A stretch of DNA of 64,000 bases from Eledone cirrhosa (GCA_964016885.1 OZ024745.1:129456001-129520000); one strand, 5' to 3'. Shown: positions 42,740 to 57,883, numbered from the stretch's first letter. Numbers and translations: made by a program. Notes: generated by a model not told the origin, from the letters alone.

Positions 42740-43140
42740 ATAATGTTTTCTACTTTTGGCACAAGGCCAGCAATTGCCCCAGTGCATTAATGGTGCTTTA
42801 TTTGGTTTCTCATATATAATGATTTCTCATATAGGCACAAGGCCAGCAATTTTGGAGAAAGACTATTAAATCGACCCCAGTGCATTACTGGTACTTTATT
42901 TTATCGACCCCGTAAGGATGGATGAAAGGCAAAGATAACCTCGGTGGAATCTGAACGCAGAACGTAAACGACCATAACTATATGCTGCAAAACATATTGT
43001 CTGGTACTCTAGTGATACTGCCAATCTACCACTATTAAATACTAGATAATACTAATAAAAACAATTATATATAACAGCCGTAACTCTATGCTGCAAAGCA
43101 TGGCGTCCGACCCTCTACCTATACTGGCAACCGACCGCCC
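42740..43140 (-). mobile_element. Cluster of SINE S1 copies and fragments
   Basis: S1 motifs at 42740-42800, 42820-43030 and 43076-43140. Confidence 0.85.
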
Positions 43141-45362
43141 TTGTTGCAGCTTAAATAATATTTATAAACATTGTTGTTTAAAAGATACCAAAAATAAATT
43201 TGTTTGATGAATTAAATCCGATGGAATATCACCACCAGCCGTGGATCCTTTTATTTACGCTATCAGTTTAAAATAACAAAAACAATCTTTAATACATCTT
43301 TTTAAATGTTGATATTAAATTGGGGGTTCCACATACTCTTGGTCTTAAAATTATTTTGGGAAGCATGACCCAAATAAAATTAGGATAGGTAAGGTTAGAA
43401 TACTGATGAAACGTTGCTGTTGAGTTGTTCGGTAGAATTAGCTTTAGGTGTTTTCTCAACCATAGAAAAAGCGGTCTATTCCTAGATAGACTTCTCTTTT
43501 AGTTAATATTACAGAAATAATTCAGCCAAAACTACAGAAAGCGAAATTTTGTCGTATGAAACCGTTTACAAGAAAACTGATTAATTTCACTTCTTATCGC
43601 TTGAGATATCTAAAGACGAATATTCTCTTGGATACGACGCCAACATATCATAGGCATGACAAATTCAGATTTCGAGTGCTTAGTCGTTTTACATTCGGGT
43701 AAGGGAGAGAGAGGTTTTAAACTCATGAGCTACCAGAAACCGATTTTAAATTTTCTCGAACTACACAATTTTCTCGTTAGAAGCTAAAGAAAACGTTATC
43801 TTATATATACATATTCAGTGCTAAATTGTCCTAAAAAGTGTAGTACCTCACGTTACACAGTGGAGGTTATGGCCATTATAATAAATGCGAGCCCAAGACA
43901 CAACAAACATTGAGAGTGGTTTGCGCTTCATAGAAATGAGCTAAGATAATTTAATATTTCATACACACGCTTATTTCTCTCTCGTAGAACCCAGGTACAA
44001 TATTCATATCTACGTTTGTCAGAACGATCTGCTTTCAAGCATGGATTATTTTTGGATTATTAGAGATAATAAAGACGATATAGGTCATAATTCTAACGCC
44101 TTAGTCGTACAACAACAGTAACAACAACAATACACATTAAACAAGAACAACATTTGTAGATAGATGAAATTTTGATGGATACTAGTTTTCTGAATAAAAC
44201 TGCCAATTCAAGGTTACAATAATCCATAATAAGAGGTAAATTGTTGTTCAGAATAATAAAGTTAAGGCAGGCACCAAAATCAGAGATTAGAATAGATTTA
44301 TCCATGCAAATACTTATGAGTAGATATAGTTGATACTATACAACATAGATTTGAAAGAGAAAATTAGAAAGGGATATTAGAGAAGCATGATCCAATATTC
44401 AAACCTCAAGTTAATGCTAAAAATTAGATTGTAGTTATACGTACGCTAGCCACCGTAGTTATAGATTAGAGTTTAGGCCTAATAAACTGGCAGTTAATTT
44501 AATTGTAGAGCTTAGACCGAAAAAAATAACAACAGGAAACAACTAACTGCGTTCCAATTCACCACCCCAAGCTGATATAGATAAAATATTCTTATCCCTT
44601 TCACAATGAAGACTGGGCTTAATACAAATGGAAAACCACTACAAAGCAATATGCGTGGGAATAGAAAAAAATACTTAAAAGCAAATAAAGGGAAACTGAT
44701 TAGTATAAAAAGGGAAGATGTAGAAAAAAATATTTTTCTCTTTAAAATAAAAAAGAAATAGAGAAGCGAATAATACCGACGAAAATGTTTAGATAAGAAT
44801 AAAAGGTTTTTTGAGTGCAGGTATATTCTCCAAAACTTTCAGATGACACAGGAAAAGTAACAAATGTGTATGTAGAACAATCCAACGTAGTAGTTTCTAT
44901 AGTATGGCTTGATCTGACAGATTTAGCGGCTAAATGTCCATCAGTTTAGATGCTACGAATTTATAAAATAGAAAGAAACATTGAACAATGTAATTTAAGA
45001 AAGATTTCATAGAGAAATAGCCATGACGGATTAACTTCGGATAATTTGATCATTGGTCTTCTCACTCTTCTAATCCAAGTCTCAAGAGCCACAATAAACA
45101 AACATGAAGTATTTTTGACTAGAAAAAAATAAGACAAAAATGTATTGTACAGAAAATCTGAAAATAAAGAAAACGGTAGTGAACATTTTAGAAGAAGCAT
45201 TATAGGAATTCCTAAAAAAAAAACCCCACACAAATGAAGTGGTTTAATAATTAAAACTAATATGTAAACATGTAGATGTTTGAGAAAACATTTAAATCTA
45301 TTGGTAAGATGTACAAACCATTCACTAACACTAACATCTGAACAATATTAAAAGGGCAGAGA

Positions 45363-45836
45363 GTGGTGGATTGTCAGTATCGGTAGAGGGTCGGACGCCA
45401 TGATTTGACGCATAGAGTTACGGCCCTTGCCATTCTGAGTTCAAATCCCGCCGAGGGTTTTCATCCTTAGGAGGTCGATAAAATAAAATTACTAGTCATA
45501 CACTGGGGTAATTGCTGGCCTTGTGCCAAATATAGAAACAGTTATCATTGTTATTGTTTAACATACGGTCAGACATGTAGACGAAGATAAACGATCAAAG
45601 CTAATCCAACCATGAACACTCCACATGTATTAAACATACCAGTGGATTGGCAGTATCCGTAGAGGGTCTGACGCCATGCTTTGCACCAAAGGGTTACGGC
45701 CTTTGTTCAAATCGGTCTGAGTTCAAATCCCGCCGAGGTTAACTTTGCCTTTCATCCTTACGGGGTCGATAAAATAAAGTACCAGTAATACACTGAGATA
45801 ATTGCTGGCCTTGTGCCAAATATAGAAACAATTATT
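45363..45836 (+). mobile_element. Two SINE S1 copies (45363-45545, 45641-45836)
   Basis: S1 consensus. Confidence 0.9.
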
Positions 45837-46450
45837 TAAACACACCGCATCTGGGGTTATATTATCCTCTTTAAACTACAGAAAATTGTGCAGCTACAAC
45901 AAGCATGATGAGAGCGTAGAAGTGCATACATGTGTTGATGATATAGAAGAATGCAGTATAATTTGTTGGGACGTTGAAACATAAGGATGATAACAATGAT
46001 GTTAGCAACTATTGTAGTAAGAAAAGGTGGAAGATCAGATGAAAACCTTTCTTATCTCAATCTCATCCATATTTTATCATATATTTATAATCAATATATT
46101 ATGAGGAATTGATTTGATAAGCATTTAAAATATTCTTTTGATAACAGAAATAACATGAATATGGAAAAATGAGAAATTAAGAGACAAAAGAAAGGCATAA
46201 AGCTACATTAAGGCGACACTCTTTATAAAATGTAGGCAAAGGCACATAGCATATTTGAATAAATCTATACACACATATATGCATTAACGCACGTGCATAC
46301 ATTTGATTGTTATCTGCCAGTAAACATACATACATACATTACACACACACATATATATATATATATATGTGTGTGTGTGAGTGTGTACTTGTGTGTGAGT
46401 GTGTGTGTGTGAGTGAGTGTGTGTGCTTGCGTGTGTGTGCGTGTGTGTGT

Positions 46451-46576
<126 letters not shown>

Positions 46577-47189
46577 AAAACATATCCATACATATCCATA
46601 GGTAGGGAAAAGGGAAACAGAAAACAGTACCGCATAGCGAAGAGAGCACTAATGTTGTATTATTTATTTATGTTCATACATGTAACAAAAGCGCTACCTA
46701 AGGTCTCAAGGGCCAATATTGACGATGTCTCCACTATATAAGAGGGATCGAAATTGTGACCAAATCTTTAGACAATTATACAAGTTTTTAAAATACCGTT
46801 AGTTGTAAAGCGTGCTAAAACGCTAATATACGAAAAACGTATTAAAACAAAGGGAAATAACTCTAAGATGTAAATTTGAAATGGTGATGACATAGACGTA
46901 TTTGTATTCGTGGTAGATAGCAGATGTAGGGTATTATGTCGTGGTATGTAATATAGAGATGCTAATATTCAGTAAAGAATGGAATAGAGTATTATAGGAG
47001 GTGTACTGCCCTCCGTAAGTGTGGAAAAAGAAAGAGAAAGAAAAGATATTAAGAAAGTTTATACATCAAAGTAAAGTGGTTGAAAATATTTTAATTTGTT
47101 AAGTATTTCCATTTAGAAAGCAGTTTGTTGTTGAGATGGAGGCATCTTCTAAACATTTCGCTCTTTGTGGTCAAATAATTATTGTTCAG

Positions 47190-47660
47190 AGACCACAACA
47201 TAGATATAGTAATATATTCAATCACAATTCCGTCAAAATATTCTATTCATGTGACCGGTCGATGAGATCAAACATTTTTGCAAACAATATACGCGACGTA
47301 AATCCAAGCTGTTCTTGTAGGATTAAAGAGAACTGCCTTCTCCAAAAGAAATGTAATATCAAATCCGTTGTGTATGTGGCGAAGATTACATACAACACCA
47401 CAGAAAAGTGTGCAGTTAGCGAAAGATACGTCGGAACGGTGCAAGATCGTTTTAAATAACGTTTTTGCTCGCATCCCCACTACTTCAGGAATCCTAATAT
47501 AATTACTACTACAGCCCTGGCAAAAGAAGTCCGTCTATGAAAGGAGGAAGGGGTCTCACATAAGAGTAATTGGACAATAGTTGAATGATCCAGACCTTAC
47601 ACTAATGGTACCAAGAGAAGTTATCTCTGTCTTCGTAAGAAATTTAGAATATTACAAGGT
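47190..47660 (+). pseudogene. Decayed Penelope-like element GIY-YIG endonuclease with upstream Cys cluster (Naiad-like)
   Basis: One frame with 3 stops: NIFNHNSVKIFYSC...CSCRIKENCLLQKKCNIKSVVYVAKI...RYVGTVQDRFK*RFCSHPHYFRN...TTALAKEV...NWTIVE*SRPYTNGTKRSYLCLRKKFRIL; VVY/YVG and the conserved Arg correspond to GIY-YIG. Confidence 0.8.
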
Positions 47661-47697
47661 TTGTTCGCTCTCTGTCTCTCCCTCTCTCCCTCTCAAG

Positions 47698-47765
<68 letters not shown>

Positions 47766-48149
47766 TTGAGTTGGCGAACAGCATATATTAGCAATTCTTT
47801 CTCTCTCTCTCACTTTGCACTGTACTGGCCGTCGCTGTCATTGTCATCCTCTTCCCTCATTTCACCCTGGCATCTATTTTTAAAAAGAAGAATGTAGGGT
47901 TAAGTATCAGAGGATACATCAATATATGTATATGAATAATTTGTAATATATGTGTATGTGTGAAAGCGTATATGAGTGAGAGTCATATAAAGAATTTACA
48001 TGTCTATATATTAAACACACGCGGGTAACCATTCTCCCTCACCCACACTCATGATTTGACGTGAATGCAAGAAATGCAATCACATTTACACTTCTACGTA
48101 TACACATATATTCGACATCACATATATATACATACATATGTATACATAC

Positions 48150-48257
<108 letters not shown>

Positions 48258-48437
48258 TTTACGTGGCGCTTTCTTTGCGTGTTTGAGCATAAATAAATAC
48301 TATAATGTTTCTGCTCTTCCCTATTGAGCATTATTTTTCCTTTTTCACGCCTACTGATATTGCTACATAAACATATACACATGCACACATACACACGCAC
48401 AAACACACGCACACACACACGCACGCACATATATATA

Positions 48438-48539
<102 letters not shown>

Positions 48540-48581
48540 CATATTTATATATATATATATATATATATATACATACATACA

Positions 48582-48616
<35 letters not shown>

Positions 48617-49031
48617 CGTCTGCGTGGACGTGCGCCTATCGTGTTGAAATACCAATTGGGTGTGTAGAGTTGCCGCGATTTGAGATGGTTCCCAGCGACC
48701 GATTACAGCTATACAAATAATAACGACGCTGGTGAGTTTATTTTGCTTTCGTGATGATACGATCATGTCGGCGCTGCTAGTGGTATTACTGATGGTGTTG
48801 GAATGTAATGTATATTGGTTTATATAACAGAGTAGGAAATAACACTGCTATAGTGGTTATAATATATGACATGTAGGTAGTGCTAATATCCAGTGGTGAT
48901 TTCCTGCCTAACTCGTTAATGCTGCTCTTTTTTGCTGCTCTTGAACAGAAATTTGAGTGAGCAGATCTATGACAAATGGAGGTTTGTTGTTGACCATCAA
49001 TATATTTTTTCAGGGATAATGTATTTTGTAA

Positions 49032-49220
49032 TTGGCAGTATCGGTAGAGCGTCGGACACCATCATTTGCAGCATAGAGTTACGGTCTTTTACGGTCTGAG
49101 TTCAAATCCCGCAGTGGTTAACTTTGCCATTCATCCTTACAGGGTCAATAAAATAAAGTACCTGTAACGTACTGGAGTCGATTTAATCGACCCCCCCCCC
49201 CCGGAAGGTGGCCTTGTTCG
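49032..49220 (+). mobile_element. SINE S1
   Basis: S1 motifs. Confidence 0.85.
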
Positions 49221-49403
49221 TATGACATGGTAGCTGACTTTCGGTGACATCTTCAGTTGTATATTGCGTAATAGTTGTATACCAAAGGAATTACTGTAAA
49301 CACATTCCAAAAGAAAAAAAAAAGAAAAATAGAGAAGAAACAAAAAAGTGTGTTTTTGTTTTTGACTCAGAGTCGACCATGGTAGCCTGTGTTATTTTGA
49401 CTC

Positions 49404-49477
<74 letters not shown>

Positions 49478-49479
<2 letters not shown>

Positions 49480-49635
49480 ATCGTTGTTTGTTTACATGTC
49501 TCGCTCGCTTCACCCTATTTTACTTGTCCCAATAACTTTATTTAGTTATTGCTCGCACCAACTAGAGGTATATGATTTTTAAAGCGATGAAATACCAATG
49601 AAAGTTGGAAGATCACTGATGAACGACTACTTTTA

Positions 49636-49640
<5 letters not shown>
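49478..49640 (+). mobile_element. Family G insert in (TA)n
   Basis: Homologous to the reverse complement of 2641-2810. Confidence 0.75.
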
Positions 49641-49690
<50 letters not shown>

Positions 49691-50558
49691 TCCGCTAACT
49701 CTTGATGGAATCGTAGGGGCACCGTGTTGACATACATCGTATCTAGGGCGGAGCCCATTAATTCTCCATGGCTGGATATAGCAGATATTTTGTCGAGAGA
49801 AGGCTAGAGTGTGAGAGAATTGAAGTGAGAAAGAGATATTGACGAAGAAGCTACCCTAGCACTAGACTTCATTTATCGGCCTTAAATAAATGTAAGAGAA
49901 ATTTGACCTCGGCAGGATTTGAACTCACATATCATAGAGGCGCGGGTCATAGTGTGTGGCATGGCTAGCAGTTCCAGTTACAGAGACTGTCTATCGGATG
50001 GTATTTAAAATTCGAAGCTATGGTAGATGACACGTGAGCATGTTGCCCGGCAGTGTGGTTGAACCCGGAACAGAAGGATTGCGATAGAAAATTCTTAACA
50101 CTTTGGTTATACTGCGGCCATCGACTGAAAACAAAGAGAGAAACACTCACTCACACATACACACATACACACACACACACATATATATATATACACATAT
50201 ATATACGCGAATAAATACAGCACCCAAAACACACCCGCTTACACACTTGGGCGCGCACTGGATTGTGAAATGCGGAGGGACATTGCCACACATATACAAT
50301 TGTCCACATTCAAGTGTAAATATCAATATTCTTTCAAGTAAATTCATGCTAACCCTCATACACATTCATTTAGGTTTACATACGTGTGTATATAGATATG
50401 TGTGTGTGTGTGTGTGTAAAAGGTAAACAGATGACAACACAATCGGTACAGTATGTGGAAGGAACTCACACAAACATATCTCTCTCTCTCCCTCTCCCCC
50501 CCCCCCCCTCTCTCTCTCTCTATCTCTATCTATCTATCTATCTCTCTATATCTCCCCC

Positions 50559-50624
<66 letters not shown>

Positions 50625-50632
50625 TTATATAA

Positions 50633-50706
<74 letters not shown>

Positions 50707-50896
50707 TTACATATATAAATATATATATATAAATATAACCAAAAGTTAAACAAGGTTTATTGATTGATCAATGAATCTAGTTTTACAATAGATTAGAAGC
50801 ACTTAACACGGAAGTTTCTGGAGTTATTAATAGTTATTTCTGCCAAGACTGGAATGGAACCATCAGCACAGTTGAGGTATGTCATACATCAATTTA

Positions 50897-50958
50897 TTTT
50901 ATCTGATGAGGACGTACTGATGAAACAGCTCAGTACCTCTGAAATATATATAATAAAA
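50897..50958 (+). ncRNA. Type I hammerhead ribozyme with long stem II and AUA site, in TA-embedded insert ~50735-51005
   Basis: TTTTAT-CTGATGA-GGAC-GTACTGA-TGAAACAGC-TCAGTAC-CTCT-GAAA-TATAT-ATA-ATAAAA; helix I extends as ATCAA..TATTTTAT/ATAAAATA..TTGAT. Confidence 0.75.
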
Positions 50959-51025
50959 TATATTTGATCACATGAATGTCTATATTTATTAATATTTTGA
51001 AGTAATATATATATATATATATATA

Positions 51026-51070
<45 letters not shown>

Positions 51071-52118
51071 GAATTATTGAACAAAGCAAATTCAGAAATT
51101 GACATCCGTATATATGCTTGTATACATGCAATTACGCACACACGTACACACAACATCCAGCACCTCACACACACACACATATAGACACAAATATATATGC
51201 TCACACATACATGCATATAATAGCACAAATGAACAGTCATATTCATATGTATGCGCCCATACAGCCTAATCTTACACGATTATACACCGCTACGTACACA
51301 TTCACTGACACACACGTACACATCTGCGTACAGATACACGTACAGATACACGTACAACACATACAAATCAACCAGCCATACATGCAGACACTCACATTTA
51401 AAAGAAATACACACTTATATATTAAATTTACACACTGACGTATTCACTAGCCCGTTCAAACACAGAACACACACTCATACACATACAATCACACATCCAC
51501 TTAGCAAGCGTCCTCCCAGTTCATAAATATATATTCATATAAAGACACACATACACAAACCTCTCATGATTTAACCGCCTCTTCACACACATACACATAC
51601 ACAAACATACGTACACATACATACAAATGCACACATGAACTGAAAAACAATGATACGCATACATCATACGTTGCTTCACATGTATATACATGTATATACA
51701 TACATATATATACATTCATGTATATACATACACTTATGTGCAATACATTCTACTACGCGCGCATACACATACAGAAACACATATGTTTTAACATTGGAAA
51801 CCAGTTTTAATCATATCCAATTAGAGGAAAACTATATAACTCTTTGCTGACATCTTGAATTATTTATACTATGGTTCTTGCGGTGGTTAAGGGTGTCAGG
51901 GTGGATTTCTAGATTAGAGGTAAGAGGGAGGGGTACTCTGGGGGTAAGGTTGCCCGTTAATGGTTTGCGAGGGAAGAGGGTAGGTTAGTGGTTAGGCTGA
52001 AGGAGAGAGAAGAAACTGCATGAAAAAACACACATTACACGTTATAGCAGCGGAAATAAGGAAGCTAGGAAATATATTAAAACTCACCCTCCCCTCTTTT
52101 ACTTCTCCCTCCTCACCT

Positions 52119-52174
<56 letters not shown>

Positions 52175-52184
52175 ACACATAAAC

Positions 52185-52220
<36 letters not shown>

Positions 52221-52303
52221 ATGTATATGTATATATATGTATATATATATATATATATGTATATGTATATGCATATGTATGTATGTATATATATATATAT
52301 ATG

Positions 52304-52382
<79 letters not shown>

Positions 52383-52693
52383 ATATATATATATATATAC
52401 ACGCACACGTACACGCATACACACACACATATATATATATGTATGTATATATATATCTGTTTATATATATTTATTTATATATATATATATTTATATATAT
52501 ATATAAATAAATATATATAAATATATACATATATACATATATACATATATATATATGTGTACATGTTTATAAATATGTAAATATATTTATATATATATTT
52601 ATTTACGTACATACATATATACACATATATACATGTATATATATATATGTGTATATATATATATATATGTATGTATGTACATATATGTATGTA

Positions 52694-52762
<69 letters not shown>

Positions 52763-52784
52763 ATAAATATGCACGACCAGGAAG

Positions 52785-55326
52785 CATAGAGGGTCGGACG
52801 CCATGCTTTCCAGCATAGAGTTACGTCCCTTTATGATCTGAGTTCAAATCCCGCGGAGGTTGACTTTGCCTTTCATCCTTACGGGGTCGATAAAAGAAAG
52901 TACCAGTAATACACTGCGTTATTGCTGGCCTTGTGCCAAAAGTAGAAACAATTATTATATTATTAACGTCATTGCTATCCACAAACTTAAACCTCCACCA
53001 CCACCACCACCACCACCACCAACACCACCACCCCAACACCAACACCACCACCACCACCACCAACACCAACTCCACCACCACCACCCCCAACACCAACTCC
53101 ACCACCACCACCACCAACACCAACTCCACTATACCTAGTTTAATCCATTTAAAGTACACCGGCAGTTTGCAATATGTAATAGCGTAGGATACGAGACAGA
53201 GGTTAGGTTTTTGTGGTTAACCACATCCCAATCACTAATCTACAGCATTCTGCCTGTTAATAGCTAAATAAACGTATAATAACACAAATGTTAGAGTAAA
53301 CGGAATTTTAAAATTATTTTTATTTCCTTTTGGGCGTGTGTAACTTTACCAATAAAATAAATATGTTTTGTAAATAACTGTAGATTATGTTCAAACGATA
53401 ATAATTGTTTCTACTGTTGGCACAAGGCCAGCAATTAATCAGTGCATTACTGGTACTTTATTTTATCGACCCCGTAAGGATGAAAGGCAATGTTAACCTC
53501 GGCGGGATTTGAACTCAGAATGGAAAGGGGCGTAACTCTATGCGTCAAAGCACGGCGTCCGACCCTTTACTGATACTTCCAATCCACCCGATAATAATAT
53601 TATATAATAAAGTTTATATATTTTTTATTGTCTGCGGATCTGCCTTTGTCATTTTGACATCGGCGCACAGCTGAAACACCGCTCCGACTTAGGTGTAGAG
53701 TCTGTCACCCTCAACCCTTCCCGCTTTCTTTCTTCCTTTGTTTAATAGTCCTTGCTCGTCCCCACCATTTCCTATCATTTATGGCATTTATAGTTCTTTC
53801 CAACATAGCTTTCTTTTGCCGTATGTTTAAATTGATTGTAGATACACGAAGATACCCAATAATAAGCTTATTTATTTAATGGCGTAGGCGGCGATTTGAC
53901 AGCGTCGTTAGAGCGTCGGATAGAATGCTTTCTAGTATTCATTTAGCCTCTCTGCTCTCTGAGTTCAAATCCCACCGAAGTCAACTTTGGCGTTCATTTA
54001 TTTAAGGTTGATTACAGAAGTACTAGTCTAGTATTGGGGCTGATTCTATCTCTCTATCTCTTTCTCACCTCCATTCCTTCACTCTCTTTATCTTCCCTGG
54101 AAGAAATTTGCTATTTTCAGACATGGAGAGGATTGGGCTCTGCCAGGTTTAAAAAAACGCCATAGAAACGCCGTATGTTGATATGGCGCCCCTAAGACTC
54201 CTTCGGGAGTTACGGGGTCATGCATGCATTTAATGAGGTATTTATTTATTTATTCATATAAATGTTGTTGTTGTTGCTACTACTGATGCTACACTCAGTG
54301 ATTCAGGCAAAATGTCACGTTTTATTCTTTTCAGCTCTCTATCTTCTGAGTTGAAATCCTGTCGGGGTTAGCTTTGCATTTCAATCCTTATAAAATAAAG
54401 CACTGAGGGCGATTTATTCGATTGACCCACTCCCCCGAAAAAAATTGACATTGTGCCTAAATCAAAAACCATTGTTATTTAGTGGATTGGCAGTATCGGT
54501 AGAGGGTCGGACGCCATGCTTTCCAGCCTAGTTACGTCCCTTTACGATCTGAGTTCAAATCCCGCCGAGGTTGACTTTGCCTTTCATCCTTACGGGGTCG
54601 ATAAAATAAAGTACCAGTAATGCACTGGGTAATTGCTGGCCTTGTGCCTAAAGTAGAAACAATTATTATTTAGCTGAATAAAGAGTGTTTTGAGCAAAAT
54701 GTGAAGTTCTATACCTTCTACCACTTTACATTCTGAGTTCAAATGTTGTCAGGATCAACATTACTTTTCATCTTCCCGCAGTAGTAAAACAAGCTCCAGT
54801 TATGTGTGGTTCATGTAGTCGTCTATGTCACTCTCTATGAGTTGTGGCCTTGTCTTTAAGTTATCAATGATTACTATTATTTGTTATTTCTTCGTTTGGA
54901 AAAAATTTCAGCAAGACTAGAATATTAAAGAGGCGTACGTTTTCGACTATTTGATCTACAAATGACAAATAAACTGTTTTGTTCTGTCTGCGTGTATGTA
55001 TCTATGTATAGTCCTGTAAATCCTGACAGAATTGTAGGGGCGCTGTATCGACATACGGTGTTTCTTGGGCATTTTATGCCTAGTGGGGCCCCTCCCTCTC
55101 CAGGTCTAAGTACAGCAGATTTTTTTCCGGAGAAAGATAGAAAATGAGAAAGAGATATAGAGGAATAATCAAACATCAGTACTAGACTGGTACTTCTTTT
55201 ATCGACCTCGAAAGGATGAAAGACAAAGTTGACATCGGCGGGATTTGAACTCAGAGAACAGAGAGCTGTAACTAATACTATAAAGTATTCTAGCCGACAT
55301 TCTAACGACTGTCCCAATTCGCCGCC
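52785..55326. mobile_element. SINE S1-dense region (52785-52955 +, 53400-53590 -, 54481-54668 +, 55180-55326 -, plus degenerate copies)
   Basis: S1 motifs; (CCA)n repeat at 52993-53130 lies between copies. Confidence 0.8.
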
Positions 55327-55587
55327 TATATTACTGATAGTATTGATGGTGAATATTTCCTACCATCCGACGACAACCTTTTCCTGGCTACTTTTACAAT
55401 GAGATGTTTCTTTGAAGAGCTTCATAGCTCGGTAATCAACAGTTACCGAGCGTCTAACTACGTTAGCTATATCTAGAAAATTCTACTACAGTTTATTTAG
55501 TTTGACAGTTTTCTATCAGAACCCATTATAAGCTTTTCCGTTTTCCTATCATTATTGATATTAAGATACTATAATAAAATTTAAGTA

Positions 55588-55701
55588 CCGTATTTCCCGG
55601 CTACTTTTCCCTGAAATAAGTCTCAAAAATCTATCATGCGTCCTGGAGGCCGAAGGTTGTTTATTATTTTTTTTTCAAATATTCGGCGCCGGGAATTACG
55701 G
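55588..55701. mobile_element. Tc2/pogo-like MITE, internally deleted copy
   Basis: TA-CCGTATTTCCCGGC ... GCCGGGAATTACGG; homologous to 923-1091. Confidence 0.75.
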
Positions 55702-55867
55702 CAATAACTTGTTTTAGGGTATAATGATTAATATTAAAATAAAATTATTCTTTTCTAGAAATTATAACTTTTATTTTGTAGAAGAACTTTTATTTTATAA
55801 AGCCAAAAGTTGTTTGCTTTAATTAAATACTTCATTATATAAGAAAACAATGTTTTAAATATATATA

Positions 55868-56166
55868 TTACTCTTTTACTCTTTTACCTGTTCTAGCCAT
55901 CCGGCTGAGGCCATGCTGGGGCACCGTCCTTATTGCTACACATTTTGTTGCTACACATTTTTCCTATATTGGTTGGCCACTGGTGAAAGAGGGAGTTTGT
56001 TGCTGCTGCCCTTAGGTTTCCCTCGAGCGTTGCTGTGGGCTCGTCCGGGATCCTGGATAGCAAGGTGTCGAGATGTTTCTTGAAGTCATCCACCTCCACA
56101 CCATGTAAATCTCTCAGATCCCTCAGAGTTGAGGGCCTTTGAATCCCTGGCTATTGCAATATCTGC
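55868..56166 (-). mobile_element. 3' fragment of CR1/L2-group LINE (same family as 33781-34450)
   Basis: [19 protein letters not shown]; (GTAAAAGA)n tail. Confidence 0.88.
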
Positions 56167-56167
56167 T

Positions 56168-56291
<124 letters not shown>

Positions 56292-56483
56292 ATGTATGTA
56301 TGTATGTATGTATGTATGTATATATTGTGGTGGAACACTGGGAAACTGGGAGGTTATATCCGTAGTAGTCGAGCAGTTAGTCCATGGGAAAAGTTCTGGA
56401 GAAGTTAGTTCCACAACAGTTAATTAACCATTGTCGAGGACCATTCTATTCCCCTTGTATATACATATAGATATATATGTATA

Positions 56484-56682
56484 CAGGGTGAGAATAAAGT
56501 CTTTGAAACCACCAAACTCAGCGAGCATTTTGTTTTATAGACGCCATTTTGTTACTGAAAATTACAATTACATCCTTTTGATGAGAATATGTAAAATATG
56601 GTCAGAAACATTTAAATTTATGAACTAAAATAATGAAAAAGTAAAATCTCAAAGATGTCGAGAAAATGTTATACTGACCCTG
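56484..56682. mobile_element. Tc1/mariner MITE
   Basis: TA-CAGGGTGAGAATAA ... TTATACTGACCCTG-TA. Confidence 0.75.
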
Positions 56683-56787
<105 letters not shown>

Positions 56788-56789
56788 AG

Positions 56790-56872
56790 TAATAATAATA
56801 AATTTGAAGACTAAAATCCAAAGAGGGCTCGATAAGGATAAATATATATAGGATTCTTTGCTTAAACTCTAA
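56790..56872. mobile_element. Family E mini-copy with inversion
   Basis: GTAATAATAATAAATTTGAAGAC...GATAAGGATAAATATATATA joined to opposite-strand GATTCTTTGCTTAAACT. Confidence 0.7.
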
Positions 56873-56888
56873 TATATGTACATATATA

Positions 56889-56974
<86 letters not shown>

Positions 56975-57803
56975 CACAGTATATATATATATATACAGTA
57001 TATATATATATACAGTATATATATATATATATGCTGTATATATATATATACTGTATATCTATATACTGTATATATATATATATGCTGTATATATATATAC
57101 TGTATATATATATATAAATGCTGTATATATATATACTGTATATATATATATACTGTATATATATATATATATACAGTATATATATATATACAGTATATAT
57201 ATATAGTTTGAATCGTAATCCATGAAGCGAGATTTTATATATATCAGAGATTTGTCATTAAACCCAAATGATGCAACAACATTTACCTTGCACAAACTTA
57301 TTCGACAACTAAAGACACACCTGAACTATCCAAATATATATAATACAAAATACAATTAACCAATAATGCGAGTGTTTGTGCGCGTGTGTGCGTAAAGGGT
57401 AACATGTATACATCTCACATGGAACCTATCGCACGTGTAAACATTGACATTTCACCTCCACTAACATTACAACCTGAATATATCAGTCATGACAACTCAA
57501 TGAAGTCGAAACATTAAAAAGTCCCTTCACCTTATACAAATAAAGAAAATAAAAGGCTAAACAAGAAGCATTTCCTGACTGCTCATTCATACGAGCACCC
57601 TACATCGAAATCGCATGTCGAACTATTCAAAATGATCTTATACAGGTAGTTTATTCTCAACTTATTCAAGCGCTATTCAAAATTCGTTTAAGTTATTCAA
57701 ACCAACAACCTACAGTCATGTTCAGAATAAAAATGTGTATGAGTGCTGTTTCGTTCACCTACTCTTTCTCTCTTTTCCGTTCTATTTTTCTCTCTCTCCT
57801 TCT

Positions 57804-57883
<80 letters not shown>

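Noticed and set aside
44100-45250. A-rich region resembling a decayed retroelement ORF
   Set aside because: No diagnostic motif recognised in any frame.
49616-49640. CTGATGA at the end of family G (also 2658-2664 minus), and CTGANGA at 614, 9834 and 43404
   Set aside because: No complete downstream stem II-GAAA-NUH-helix I arrangement.
56326-56418. TG...CA segment with 11-bp inverted ends (solo-LTR-like)
   Set aside because: Only ~93 bp, no target duplication, single copy.
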